From Elusimicrobiota bacterium (GTDB lineage Bacteria > Elusimicrobiota > Elusimicrobia > Elusimicrobiales > UBA9959), in assembly GCA_012517235.1 (NCBI GenBank), contig JAAYVI010000014.1, positions 19,266 through 83,265 on the forward strand: 64,000 bases of DNA, written 5' to 3'. The translations under genes and the position numbers were made by a program. Positions within the stretch are counted from its first letter, which is position 1. The number at the start of each line of letters is the position of its first letter. The notes beneath the pieces were generated by a model that worked only from the letters and a program-made list of their open reading frames with translations, searched no databases and was not told the DNA's origin. Shown here piece by piece: positions 50,074 through 58,785 of the stretch.

Positions 50074-51165
50074 GTGAATATATTATTTTTTGTTGTATTT
50101 TTTGGCGGTATGCTTTTTTCTCAAAATAATAATTTAGACTTTAACGATAATATATCCTTGTTTTCTAATAAGATTAAAAATCAATCCGATTTGGCCAAAT
50201 ATGCCAAAGCGGAAATTAAATGGGAAATAAAAAGAAAAAACGAATGGATAGAGATTAAACCGGTAAACATTCAAGGAACCACTTCTTATTATGAAATAGA
50301 ACAAGAAGGTGATCTTAAAGAAATAAGAGCGATATCGACCGTAAACTGGTATGATCCGCCTTGTCCGGATTGTTTTTGGAAATTTACTGTTCAATACTCA
50401 AATGATACCGAATTTGCTGGACATGTTCATAAAACCGCCCCTCCTTTAAAATATCTATCCGGAGAAGACATGTTAAATCCCATAGAAAGCGGGGAATTAA
50501 AAGCGGGACAAAAATTTATAATCACATTTAAACGCCCGTTGTATTCTACGAGAATAAAATGGAACGTCAATTGGATTATACTCGGATGGAGACAATATTT
50601 CAGCGTCGATATTAGCGATATAAAAGTAAAAAATTTAAAGTCTTTAAATTCCGGAGAAGGTTATTCTTTGGTAGGGCAAACCGATATTCATCCTTCAAAT
50701 CATTGGGTTATATCGGATTTTAAAACCGACCTTGAAAATATAGGCAAATTATGGAAACAAAGATGTCCTAAATCGGATGTTCTTTATTACAATGATGCAA
50801 GTCTTATATGGGGCGGATTATTCGATATAAACGGAAATTGGAATTCTCCCCATATCGGGCACGACGCCGGCCTACACATAGACATATCCAAAAAGCATAT
50901 AAGAAAAGGCAATAGAGAGAAAGCATTGGAAGTAATGTGTAAAAATGCGATAGTTTATTCCGAGGGAGACAGTTCGCAAAACAAAGAAATTCCCCATTAT
51001 CATGTGATTTATAAAAATACTCCCGGAGAAATAATAAATAAATTGGAAGGAGATTATAAATATATACCGTGCTGTTTTGATAATATTCCTCAAAAATGTA
51101 TTGATTTAGAATCTGGCGGACAGCCTGTCGAAGGATCTTTGCCTACGGAGAGCGATTGTTTATGA
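50074..51165 (+). CDS. secreted protein, candidate LAS-type (MepA-like) zinc peptidase
   Basis: 363 aa with a GTG start and a signal peptide. WGGLFDINGNWNSPHIGHDAGLHIDIS contains H-D-A-G-L-H-I-D-I (compare the H-x-x-G-L-x-x-D-I block of MepA-type murein endopeptidases, from memory). A later H-Y-H fits the LAS H-x-H. The C-terminus is Cys-rich. Confidence 0.5.
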   Translation: MNILFFVVFFGGMLFSQNNNLDFNDNISLFSNKIKNQSDLAKYAKAEIKWEIKRKNEWIEIKPVNIQGTTSYYEIEQEGDLKEIRAISTVNWYDPPCPDCFWKFTVQYSNDTEFAGHVHKTAPPLKYLSGEDMLNPIESGELKAGQKFIITFKRPLYSTRIKWNVNWIILGWRQYFSVDISDIKVKNLKSLNSGEGYSLVGQTDIHPSNHWVISDFKTDLENIGKLWKQRCPKSDVLYYNDASLIWGGLFDINGNWNSPHIGHDAGLHIDISKKHIRKGNREKALEVMCKNAIVYSEGDSSQNKEIPHYHVIYKNTPGEIINKLEGDYKYIPCCFDNIPQKCIDLESGGQPVEGSLPTESDCL

Positions 51166-52076
51166 AGTTAAAAATAACCATATTGATAATCATATTTAAT
51201 TTTTATTTTAACAATAATATCTATGGCGAAGAAAATACATCGTTTGGCCTTTCTTTTGAAAATAATAGAACATATTTCCCTTCGAGAAGTTCGACATGGA
51301 TGAATGTCAATTTGTCGCCGGAAGAAAAAGAGAAAAGATTTAGATATGAACTTACCGTTAGAAATCCGGGCGGCGATATTCTATATAGACCGGAAATACC
51401 CGTTACATTTTTAAAAAAAGGATCAAATTCTTATATACGCTATGAAATTAATCTTTCCAGCGAGATAAAAAAACTGCTTTATGAATATGACCCCGATTTT
51501 CAAATTCTTAATTATGACGATTATTCGGAAAAACTTATTTCTATTTTCCCCTCATCGCCTTATAATACTCCGTCGGTAGTAATAGGCGATTTTAACGGAG
51601 ATAATAGAGAAGATATTTTAATGGTTGGCAAAAAAATTGTAAACAATAAACATATGGAAAAAGAAATTATTATTCTTTCGACAAACACCGCCAATAATTA
51701 TATTATTTTGAAATTGTCGGAAGGAGAATATTTTCCGCAAAAAAGAGACGACATAGATCAATTCTATCGTTATATAAGAATGGGTAAGAAAAAAGTCGCA
51801 TATCTTTTTCAGCCGAGGGGAAGCAAATATATATGCGGCGGCGATTACGGTAAAGGTTTTAAAACTCTCACAAAAGACGGATATGCTATGGTTGAAGTAG
51901 TGGAAGACAAATTATACCTTAATCTTATATACCAATGGGACGATAATAGAAAACAAGTTGATCAATATTGCGTTGACATGTTTGGATACTATTATATCCC
52001 GGTATATCTATCCTTAAAAGCAAATTATTACGAATATTACCAAGAAGAAGTTAATAATTCAGGTAATAAACAATAG
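51162..52076 (+). CDS. secreted protein with FG-GAP-like motif
   Basis: The ATG at 51162 overlaps the upstream stop (ATGA). It has a signal-like N-terminus and VIGDFNGDNREDILMVG, which resembles a single FG-GAP/VCBS calcium-binding loop. Confidence 0.5.
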   Translation: MKLKITILIIIFNFYFNNNIYGEENTSFGLSFENNRTYFPSRSSTWMNVNLSPEEKEKRFRYELTVRNPGGDILYRPEIPVTFLKKGSNSYIRYEINLSSEIKKLLYEYDPDFQILNYDDYSEKLISIFPSSPYNTPSVVIGDFNGDNREDILMVGKKIVNNKHMEKEIIILSTNTANNYIILKLSEGEYFPQKRDDIDQFYRYIRMGKKKVAYLFQPRGSKYICGGDYGKGFKTLTKDGYAMVEVVEDKLYLNLIYQWDDNRKQVDQYCVDMFGYYYIPVYLSLKANYYEYYQEEVNNSGNKQ

Positions 52077-52084
52077 AGTAGTTT

Positions 52085-53011
52085 TCAAAATTTTACGGAA
52101 AAAGAGAATCTGTCGAAAGAAGAAAGATCGCCGGCAAATGTGTGAGAGTAAGAAAAAGAATATCCGTAATAATCCAATCCCAAACCGATAGACATTCCCG
52201 CCGTGCCTCCCGCTTTTCTTATGCCGCCCCTATATCCGCCTCTTAAATAGGTTTTGGTATTTTTGGAAATTTCTTTTTCATATTCTCCCCCAAAAGCCAG
52301 CCACGGCGAGTTATCGGAAGGAAAATATAAATCGGTTTCCAGAATAGTTCTATATATTTTTCGAGAATATCCGAAAGAAAAAAGCAGCGGCAGCGGGTCA
52401 GATTTGGCTTCGTATTTAAGTCCTCCTCCGATATTGGACAGAGCAAAAGCCGCGCCTTCGTTTTTGTTTAAATCGTATTTTAATCCCAAATCCGCTGCGA
52501 AAGAAGAGGCTTTTTTACCCAAATCGGAGCTTATTTTCTTAACCGAAATACCGGCTTTTATGTTTTTGGAAATTTCTTTCGCGTATAAGGCGGCAAATAC
52601 CTTATCGGAAGGAGATATGTCTCCGGTATCCGCGCCGTAAATATCTCTTGTAGTAATTTCGCCGTAAGAAATTTTTTGGAAATAAAATGCGAAAGCGTTT
52701 TCGGCGCTTTTTTTGGAAAATACGAGTCCGTTATAGTTTATTCCTTCCAATAAAGAAGAATATGAAAATAATATTTCCGTTTTTTCCGCGGAAACTATTC
52801 CGGCCGGATTTTTATTGACGCTTTCGGCTCCCTGGGAAGAATATAAGGAAGCTTCGGCCATGGCGTAATTTCTCGCTCCGGGAGAAAATTTAAGAAATTG
52901 CCCCCCCGCGGTACCCGCATCGCTTGAAGAAAAAGCGGAAAATAGAGGCGATTCGGCCAGAGTTAAGGCCGAAACTAAAAATATTATCGATTTTATCGCC
53001 TTTTTCATCAT
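52085..53011 (-). CDS. PorV/PorQ-like outer-membrane beta-barrel protein
   Basis: 308 aa with a signal peptide. The N-terminal block GTAGGQFLKFSPGARNYAMAEASLYSSQGAESVNKNPAGI resembles the PorV/PorQ-family signature. It ends in ...FSFSVKF and overlaps the upstream cargo gene by 4 nt. Confidence 0.55.
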   Translation of the reverse strand: MMKKAIKSIIFLVSALTLAESPLFSAFSSSDAGTAGGQFLKFSPGARNYAMAEASLYSSQGAESVNKNPAGIVSAEKTEILFSYSSLLEGINYNGLVFSKKSAENAFAFYFQKISYGEITTRDIYGADTGDISPSDKVFAALYAKEISKNIKAGISVKKISSDLGKKASSFAADLGLKYDLNKNEGAAFALSNIGGGLKYEAKSDPLPLLFSFGYSRKIYRTILETDLYFPSDNSPWLAFGGEYEKEISKNTKTYLRGGYRGGIRKAGGTAGMSIGLGLDYYGYSFSYSHTFAGDLSSFDRFSFSVKF

Positions 53012-55644
53012 TTCCTCAATATAAACTTTATTATCTTTTTCGAACCCGACAAATCTTTTGTCAAAGCCAGATAAACTCCGCTGGCTGTTTTATTTCCCGC
53101 ATTGTTTTTGCCTTTCCATACGGCTTTTCCCGAATTATCCGCTCTTATGTCCGCTATAAGTTCGCCGGCTATATTAAAAATTTTTACCCGGGAGTTCGGA
53201 TATATATTTTCAAAATTTAATCCCGAAATATGCGTGTCCGGATTATAAGGAACAGGATATGCCAAAGGATTTTGAGACGTAGAAGAAGGCGAATATTGAG
53301 CTATTGTAAAAATCGATAAATGATTTATTTGTCCGGTTAAACTATTTGAAGCCTCGTTTACCGAAGAATCCAAAAGAGAGTAGGAAGAAGAGTTTTCCGC
53401 TCTAAATAATTTTAATTTTTTTTCGTCCAAGCCGCTTATATCCGAGTCTGAATAATTCACCGTAAGAGAGAGAGGCGCGGACGGTTGAATACCGGCGGAG
53501 TTTTCGATTTTTAATTTTATTTGCGAAAGTTTAATATTTTGAATATCGCTTAAAGACATTGTGGAAGGCGTTATCATCAAAGCCGTCCCGGCGGGAAAAG
53601 CGGACGGAGGCACGGTTAGAACGGCCGAATAATTACCGGCCGCAAGAGAAAAAGTGGAAGTATTTATTCCGTCGGTTGCTTTTACCTGCCATATTGTTTT
53701 ATATAGCCCGCTTTTTGAAGCGGCTATCAGCGGAAAAGCGGAAAAACTTTCCGCCTCATAAAGCCCTTGAGGCAGCTGAGACCAAGAATCTCCTTTTGTC
53801 AAAGAGATATAAATATCTTTTCCTTTGGAAATAATAAGGGAAGGAGCGAAGCCCGAATCTTTTACGTATTTTATGCTTTTTATTTCCCCGTTTTCATCCG
53901 AAAAAATTAATTGCGGAGAATTTAAGTCGGAAAAAGGAATTTTCCAAGCATAATAATTTTCGCATATATAAATGTTTTCGGAAAAGTCCGAAGAAAAATA
54001 TCCTATTTGAGAATCGTTTACAAAACGGTATCCTAAAGGATCCGAAAGAGACAGACCGTCCCAATCTTCTCCGCCGTTTATGCTGTATGCCAAAGAGGGG
54101 CTCTCGCCGTCAAGCCAATTTTGTTTGTTTTCGTAATAAAGCGCTATCGTTAAAGAATTATCGTTTTCCTTTGGAAAAAATATATTTTTAACAAATTTAC
54201 CGGAAAAGAAAGGTATATTTTCCGATAAAGACATATCGCTTATTTTAAATAATCCCCCGTCTCCGGCCGCGTAAAAAACATTGTCGTTTTGCGGATCTTT
54301 TGAGAGAGAATAAAAATCTCCTTGGGCCGAATCGGCTTTAAACGAAGACCATAAGAAAGAAGCTTCTCCGTTTTTTACGGCTTCTTTTAAATACCCTTTT
54401 GCGGCAAAATATAATTTTCCGTCAAAAGCATAGAGAGATTCCCCGTAACCTCCTTGCCTCATATTCGATTCGTTTTTAAGAATGTTCCATGTTTGAGCCG
54501 AATCCGTGCTGAAATAAATATCGTTTTCGCTTAAAGCGTAAAAAAGTCCTTCCCGGGAATAATCTTTTATTACTTGAGAGAAACCGACGGATTTTATTCC
54601 TTTGTTTTTTAGCGAATAATTGGAATAATCTCCTTGATTTTTATAGATACCCGCTCCAAAAGTATCGGCTATATAAACGCTTGAGCCGTCATATGCCGAT
54701 TTCAAAAGAAAAGAATTAATTTCCGGGTCTATTAAAGAACCCGAATCCCAATTATCCGCCCCGTCTTGAGAGATATAAACATTCGATTGAGTAAAAGCGA
54801 GAATTTTATCGGAGGTTTTGTCCGTCCCGGCTTCTATAAATAAAATTCCGTATATGGGTGTACCGCCTTCGGGGCTGTTTAGATCCGTCCAATTTTCCCC
54901 TCCGTCTTCGCTTATATGAATTTCTCCGTTATAAGTGGAAGCGTATAACCTCGAAGGTTCCGAATCGTTTCGCGCCAATGATAATATGCCGCCTGAAAAA
55001 CCGTAATTTAAATGCTGCGCCTCGCTTATGTTTTCGCCGTAATCGGAGGAAAAATAAATTCTTCCCGAATTGGATACGGGATCGGTTGTAGGGTTAAGAG
55101 AGAAAATTAGTGTTCCCGAGTTAAAAGCTATAATCGAAGAAATTGAAGCTTCTTCGCTGTCGTCCAATAAAAAAATCCTATTCCAGGTATTTCCCCCGTC
55201 CTCGCTTTTATATATCGAATGTTCCGTGGGGCCGTTTCCGTAATCCATAAATCCGGCAAAATAAACTATGTCGGCATTTTGATTATCGCAGGCAAGTCCG
55301 CCCATTAAACTTTCGGGCAAAGCGGTAAAATATTGCGAAGGATAATCGGCTGTTTCCGTCCATGTTTGGCCGTAATCTTCGCTTTTATAAAATTTTCTGT
55401 TTTTTCCGGCAAAATATGCCCTGCCGCCGCTTGTTATTACCGCGGCGGCGGGCTGCGTGTCGGAGGACACGATCCAATTTTCGGCGGAATCTTTGCTTAG
55501 CCAAAGTTTATTTTCGCCGGCGGCTAAAATTTTGCCGTCATAAGCGGAAATATCTTTTATTTTTCCGCCGTCAATTTCTATTTCGTTCCAAAAAGCGTTT
55601 AAGGCGGAAACCGCAGAAAATAATACCAAAAAAAACGGTATCAT
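53008..55644 (-). CDS. secreted BNR/Asp-box beta-propeller protein with T9SS-type C-terminal sorting domain
   Basis: I chose the ATG at 55644 after GGAGGG (signal peptide MIPFFLVLFSAVSALNA); the track start at 55659 is a TTG. There are at least 8 S-x-D-x-G-x-x-W Asp-boxes (SKDSAENW, SEDYGQTW, SEDGGNTW, SEDGGENW, SQDGADNW, STDSAQTW...). The C-terminal VKIFNIAGELIADI...WKGKNNAGNKTASGVYL looks like a Por-secretion-tail/FlgD-Ig beta-sandwich. Confidence 0.75.
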   Translation of the reverse strand: MIPFFLVLFSAVSALNAFWNEIEIDGGKIKDISAYDGKILAAGENKLWLSKDSAENWIVSSDTQPAAAVITSGGRAYFAGKNRKFYKSEDYGQTWTETADYPSQYFTALPESLMGGLACDNQNADIVYFAGFMDYGNGPTEHSIYKSEDGGNTWNRIFLLDDSEEASISSIIAFNSGTLIFSLNPTTDPVSNSGRIYFSSDYGENISEAQHLNYGFSGGILSLARNDSEPSRLYASTYNGEIHISEDGGENWTDLNSPEGGTPIYGILFIEAGTDKTSDKILAFTQSNVYISQDGADNWDSGSLIDPEINSFLLKSAYDGSSVYIADTFGAGIYKNQGDYSNYSLKNKGIKSVGFSQVIKDYSREGLFYALSENDIYFSTDSAQTWNILKNESNMRQGGYGESLYAFDGKLYFAAKGYLKEAVKNGEASFLWSSFKADSAQGDFYSLSKDPQNDNVFYAAGDGGLFKISDMSLSENIPFFSGKFVKNIFFPKENDNSLTIALYYENKQNWLDGESPSLAYSINGGEDWDGLSLSDPLGYRFVNDSQIGYFSSDFSENIYICENYYAWKIPFSDLNSPQLIFSDENGEIKSIKYVKDSGFAPSLIISKGKDIYISLTKGDSWSQLPQGLYEAESFSAFPLIAASKSGLYKTIWQVKATDGINTSTFSLAAGNYSAVLTVPPSAFPAGTALMITPSTMSLSDIQNIKLSQIKLKIENSAGIQPSAPLSLTVNYSDSDISGLDEKKLKLFRAENSSSYSLLDSSVNEASNSLTGQINHLSIFTIAQYSPSSTSQNPLAYPVPYNPDTHISGLNFENIYPNSRVKIFNIAGELIADIRADNSGKAVWKGKNNAGNKTASGVYLALTKDLSGSKKIIKFILRK

Positions 55645-55687
55645 CGTGCCCTCCGCCAATATTTTAGCGCAAAGGCCCTAAGATAAT

Positions 55688-55715
55688 GTTCAATATCCGT
55701 TCAAATTTTGTTCAA
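55688..55715 (-). promoter_or_regulatory. three 11-bp-phased TTGAAC repeats upstream of the BNR-PorV operon
   Basis: The + strand has GTTCAA at 55688, 55699 and 55710 (minus-strand reading: GAAATTTGAAC AAAATTTGAAC GGATATTGAAC). They lie 44-71 nt upstream of the 55644 start, with TAAAAT further downstream. Confidence 0.4.
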
Positions 55716-55719
55716 ATTT

Positions 55720-57390
55720 CTAAAACAGACCGCTTATCTCGCCTTTTTCGTCAATGTCTATGTTTTCCGCAGCGGGATGTTCGGGAAGTCCGGGCATTCT
55801 CATTATTTCGCCGGTTATCGGTATTATAAATCCGGCGCCGGCCGCTATTTCTATTTCTCTTACCGTAACTACAAAATCTTTCGGCCTGCCTATAAGATCG
55901 GGATTATCGGAGAGAGATTTTTGAGTCTTGGCTATACATACCGGCAATTTATCCAAAGAAAGTTTATATACTTTCTCCAAATCTTTTTTCGCCTTTGCCG
56001 TATAATCTATATGCTGCGCGCCGTACATTTTAGACGCTATTGTTTCTATTTTCTTTTCCACGCTCCAATCCAGTTCGTAAATGGGAGAATAAGAACATTT
56101 ATTTGCGTCGGCTATTTCGGCGACTTTTTTCGCCAATTCTGCCGCTCCTTCCCCGCCTTTGCCCCACACATCGGCTTCTATGGCCGGAACTCCCAGAGAA
56201 GAGCATTTTTTCTTTATTTCTTCTATTTCTTCTTTGGTATCGGAAGTAAATTTGTTTATAGCGACTACCGGACAAATATTAAATTGCTTCATGTTTTCTA
56301 TGTGTTTTTCCAAATTTTCAAGACCTTTTGCCACTTTGGCCGCATCGGGAATATTCAATTCTTTTAACGAAGCCCCTCCGTGATATTTTAAAGCTCTTAC
56401 GGTGGCTACCAAAACCGCGGCGGAAGGCGATATGCCGGCATATCTGCATTTTATGTCTAAGAATTTTTCGGCTCCCAATTCGAAGGCAAATCCGGCTTCC
56501 GTTACCACATAATCGGCCAAACTCATCGCCGTTTTTGTCGCTATTATCGAATTACAGCCGTGAGCTATATTTGCGAAAGGTCCGCCGTGTATTATTGCGG
56601 GAGTGCCTTCGCTTGTTTGAACGAGATTGGGCATTATCGCGTCTTTAAGCAAAGCGGCCATGGCGCCGTTCGCTTTAAGATCTCTGGCATAAATCGGTTT
56701 TTTGTCGTAAGTATATCCGATAAAAATATTTCCCAATTTTTCTTTGAGATGTTTTAGATCTTCGGAAAGGCAAAGTATGGCCATCACTTCGCTTGCCGCC
56801 GTTATGTCGAAACCGGTTTCTCTGGGGACTCCGCTCATGGTTCCGCCGAGACCGACTATTATTTTTCTAAGAGATCTGTCGTTCATATCCATGACTCTTT
56901 TCCATGTCACGGTTCTGGGATCTAATCCCAAATTATTCTTTTTGTTTTGTATATTGTTGTCTATTAACGCCGAAAGCAGATTATGCGCTTTTTCTATTGC
57001 ACCGAAATCTCCGTTGAAATGAAGGTTAATGTCTTCCATGGGAAGAACCTGCGACCATCCTCCGCCTGTTGCGCCGCCTTTTACTCCGAAAACCGGTCCC
57101 AAAGAAGGTTCTCTCAAAGCGACTATGGTTTTTTTGCCGATTCTGTTCATTCCTAAAGAAAGGCCTATGGATACGGTAGTTTTCCCCTCTCCCGCGGGCG
57201 TAGGCGTTATTGCGGAAACCAATATTAATTTTGTTTTTTTTATTTTTTCCTTATTTATTAAAGACAGAGGAAGTTTTGCTTTATATTTGCCGTAATATAT
57301 TAAGTCGTCTTCCTTTATTTGTATTTGCGCCGCTATTTCTTTTATATGCTTCAATTTTATTTTTTTCGCTATTTCTATATCGGTAGGCAT
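55720..57390 (-). CDS. fhs: formate-tetrahydrofolate ligase
   Basis: 556 aa with PTPAGEGKTT, the P-loop-like region, GGPFANIAHGCNS and KFSDK-like blocks. Full-length FTHFS. Confidence 0.95.
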   Translation of the reverse strand: MPTDIEIAKKIKLKHIKEIAAQIQIKEDDLIYYGKYKAKLPLSLINKEKIKKTKLILVSAITPTPAGEGKTTVSIGLSLGMNRIGKKTIVALREPSLGPVFGVKGGATGGGWSQVLPMEDINLHFNGDFGAIEKAHNLLSALIDNNIQNKKNNLGLDPRTVTWKRVMDMNDRSLRKIIVGLGGTMSGVPRETGFDITAASEVMAILCLSEDLKHLKEKLGNIFIGYTYDKKPIYARDLKANGAMAALLKDAIMPNLVQTSEGTPAIIHGGPFANIAHGCNSIIATKTAMSLADYVVTEAGFAFELGAEKFLDIKCRYAGISPSAAVLVATVRALKYHGGASLKELNIPDAAKVAKGLENLEKHIENMKQFNICPVVAINKFTSDTKEEIEEIKKKCSSLGVPAIEADVWGKGGEGAAELAKKVAEIADANKCSYSPIYELDWSVEKKIETIASKMYGAQHIDYTAKAKKDLEKVYKLSLDKLPVCIAKTQKSLSDNPDLIGRPKDFVVTVREIEIAAGAGFIIPITGEIMRMPGLPEHPAAENIDIDEKGEISGLF

Positions 57391-57399
57391 ATCAACCTC

Positions 57400-57960
57400 C
57401 TATTTTCTGCTTCCGGGTTTTACGCAGGGAAGGCCTTGCTTGCATAAAGGACATTTGTCGGGAGTATAAGTTTTAATTTCTAATTTCAGCAAACTAAAAT
57501 TTTTTAAAGGAAGTTTTTTATCCCCCATTCTGTTTACTACCGAAAGAGCGCCCAAAACTTTCGCTTTATATTTTTTCAAAAGATTGACGACTTCCATTGT
57601 GGATTTTCCCGTGGTAAATACGTCTTCCACTATGATAATCTTTTGTCCTTTTTCGACAGAAAAACCTCTTCTTAATTTCATCTCTCCGTTTTCTCTTTCC
57701 GTAAATAAAAAAGGTATTTTCATGGCCGAAGCAGTTTCATGACCTATTATTATTCCGCCCATAGCGGGAGAAACTATAAGGTCCGGCTTTGTGCCTTTCC
57801 ATCTTTTAGCCAATTCTTTTCCCAATTTTTTTGACAAAGCGGTATCGCTTAAAGCCAAAGCGCATTGAACATAATTGGGACTGTGAAGTCCGCTCGATAA
57901 AAGAAAATGACCGCTTAAAATCGCCCGCTTTTCTTCGAATATTTTTTTCAAATCCTTCAT
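57400..57960 (-). CDS. pyrE: orotate phosphoribosyltransferase
   Basis: 186 aa with the PRPP-binding loop IIIVEDVFTTGKS. Confidence 0.9.
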   Translation of the reverse strand: MKDLKKIFEEKRAILSGHFLLSSGLHSPNYVQCALALSDTALSKKLGKELAKRWKGTKPDLIVSPAMGGIIIGHETASAMKIPFLFTERENGEMKLRRGFSVEKGQKIIIVEDVFTTGKSTMEVVNLLKKYKAKVLGALSVVNRMGDKKLPLKNFSLLKLEIKTYTPDKCPLCKQGLPCVKPGSRK

Positions 57961-58643
57961 TCTATTTCCTTGAGAATTTCTTGCGCCGCTTTTAAAGGAT
58001 TTTTAGATTGAGTTATCGGCCTTCCTACGACTATAAAATCCGCTCCTCTTTCTTTGGCTTCTTTGGGAGTTAAAAATCTTTTTTGATCGTCCCATGGGTC
58101 TTTTCCGGAAGCTTCCATTCTTATCGAAGGCGTTATTATTCTTATTTTTTCTCCCAAGGTTTGCCTCAAATAATAAAGTTCCCTGGGCGAAGCTATGACG
58201 CCGTCAACTTGCGTTTCGTTTGCTAATTTCGCCAGATGCTGAACCTGTTTTTCCAGACTGTATCTGAATCCTATCCTGTGAAATTCTATCAGATCTATGC
58301 TTGTAAGTATGGTTACTCCCCATATCTTAAGTTTTTTGGCCGCATTTATACCGGCTTTTATCATTGTCGGACCGCCGAGTATATGCATTGAAATGGAATA
58401 TATGCCTAATTTATTCGCATTTTCTATGGCTTCTTTTACGGTATTCGGGATATCGTGAAGTTTTAAATCCAAAAATACTTCTCCCCCGTGTTTTTTTACC
58501 ATATCTATGGCTTTGACCCCGTGGCGCATAAAAAGCACGGGACCTATTTTGTAATATTTGACATCCTTAGAGAGCTTTTTGACTATTTCTTCCGCTTTGT
58601 CCAGCTCTAAATCCAAAGCGGTTATAAGTTCGGTTTTTCTCAT
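57957..58643 (-). CDS. pyrF: orotidine 5'-phosphate decarboxylase
   Basis: 228 aa with LITALD, FLDLKLHDIPNT and IVVGRPI. Confidence 0.9.
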   Translation of the reverse strand: MRKTELITALDLELDKAEEIVKKLSKDVKYYKIGPVLFMRHGVKAIDMVKKHGGEVFLDLKLHDIPNTVKEAIENANKLGIYSISMHILGGPTMIKAGINAAKKLKIWGVTILTSIDLIEFHRIGFRYSLEKQVQHLAKLANETQVDGVIASPRELYYLRQTLGEKIRIITPSIRMEASGKDPWDDQKRFLTPKEAKERGADFIVVGRPITQSKNPLKAAQEILKEIE

Positions 58644-58785
58644 GAAATTAATTTTAGCAAATTTAATCGGGCCGAAAGTCCTATTTTAACTCGGACAAAA
58701 AATAATATTTTTTTCCCCTTAAGTCTATTGGATAAACATTTTAATTTTGCAAAAATATATTTACATGAAAAAATCGGAGGTTTCA

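Noticed and set aside
55708-56367. 219-aa + strand ORF, with similar long antisense ORFs at 10374-11000, 23430-24023 and 25676-26314
   Set aside because: All are antisense to highly conserved genes (fhs, ahcY, gyrA, gyrB). They have F/Y/R-rich shadow-frame composition and no independent support.
58644-58746. Possible PyrR-type attenuator or leader hairpins upstream of pyrF
   Set aside because: Only 4-bp stems (GGGCCGAAAGTCC, GTCC...GGAC) are present, with no terminator/antiterminator alternative and no PyrR-box-like sequence that I could recognise.
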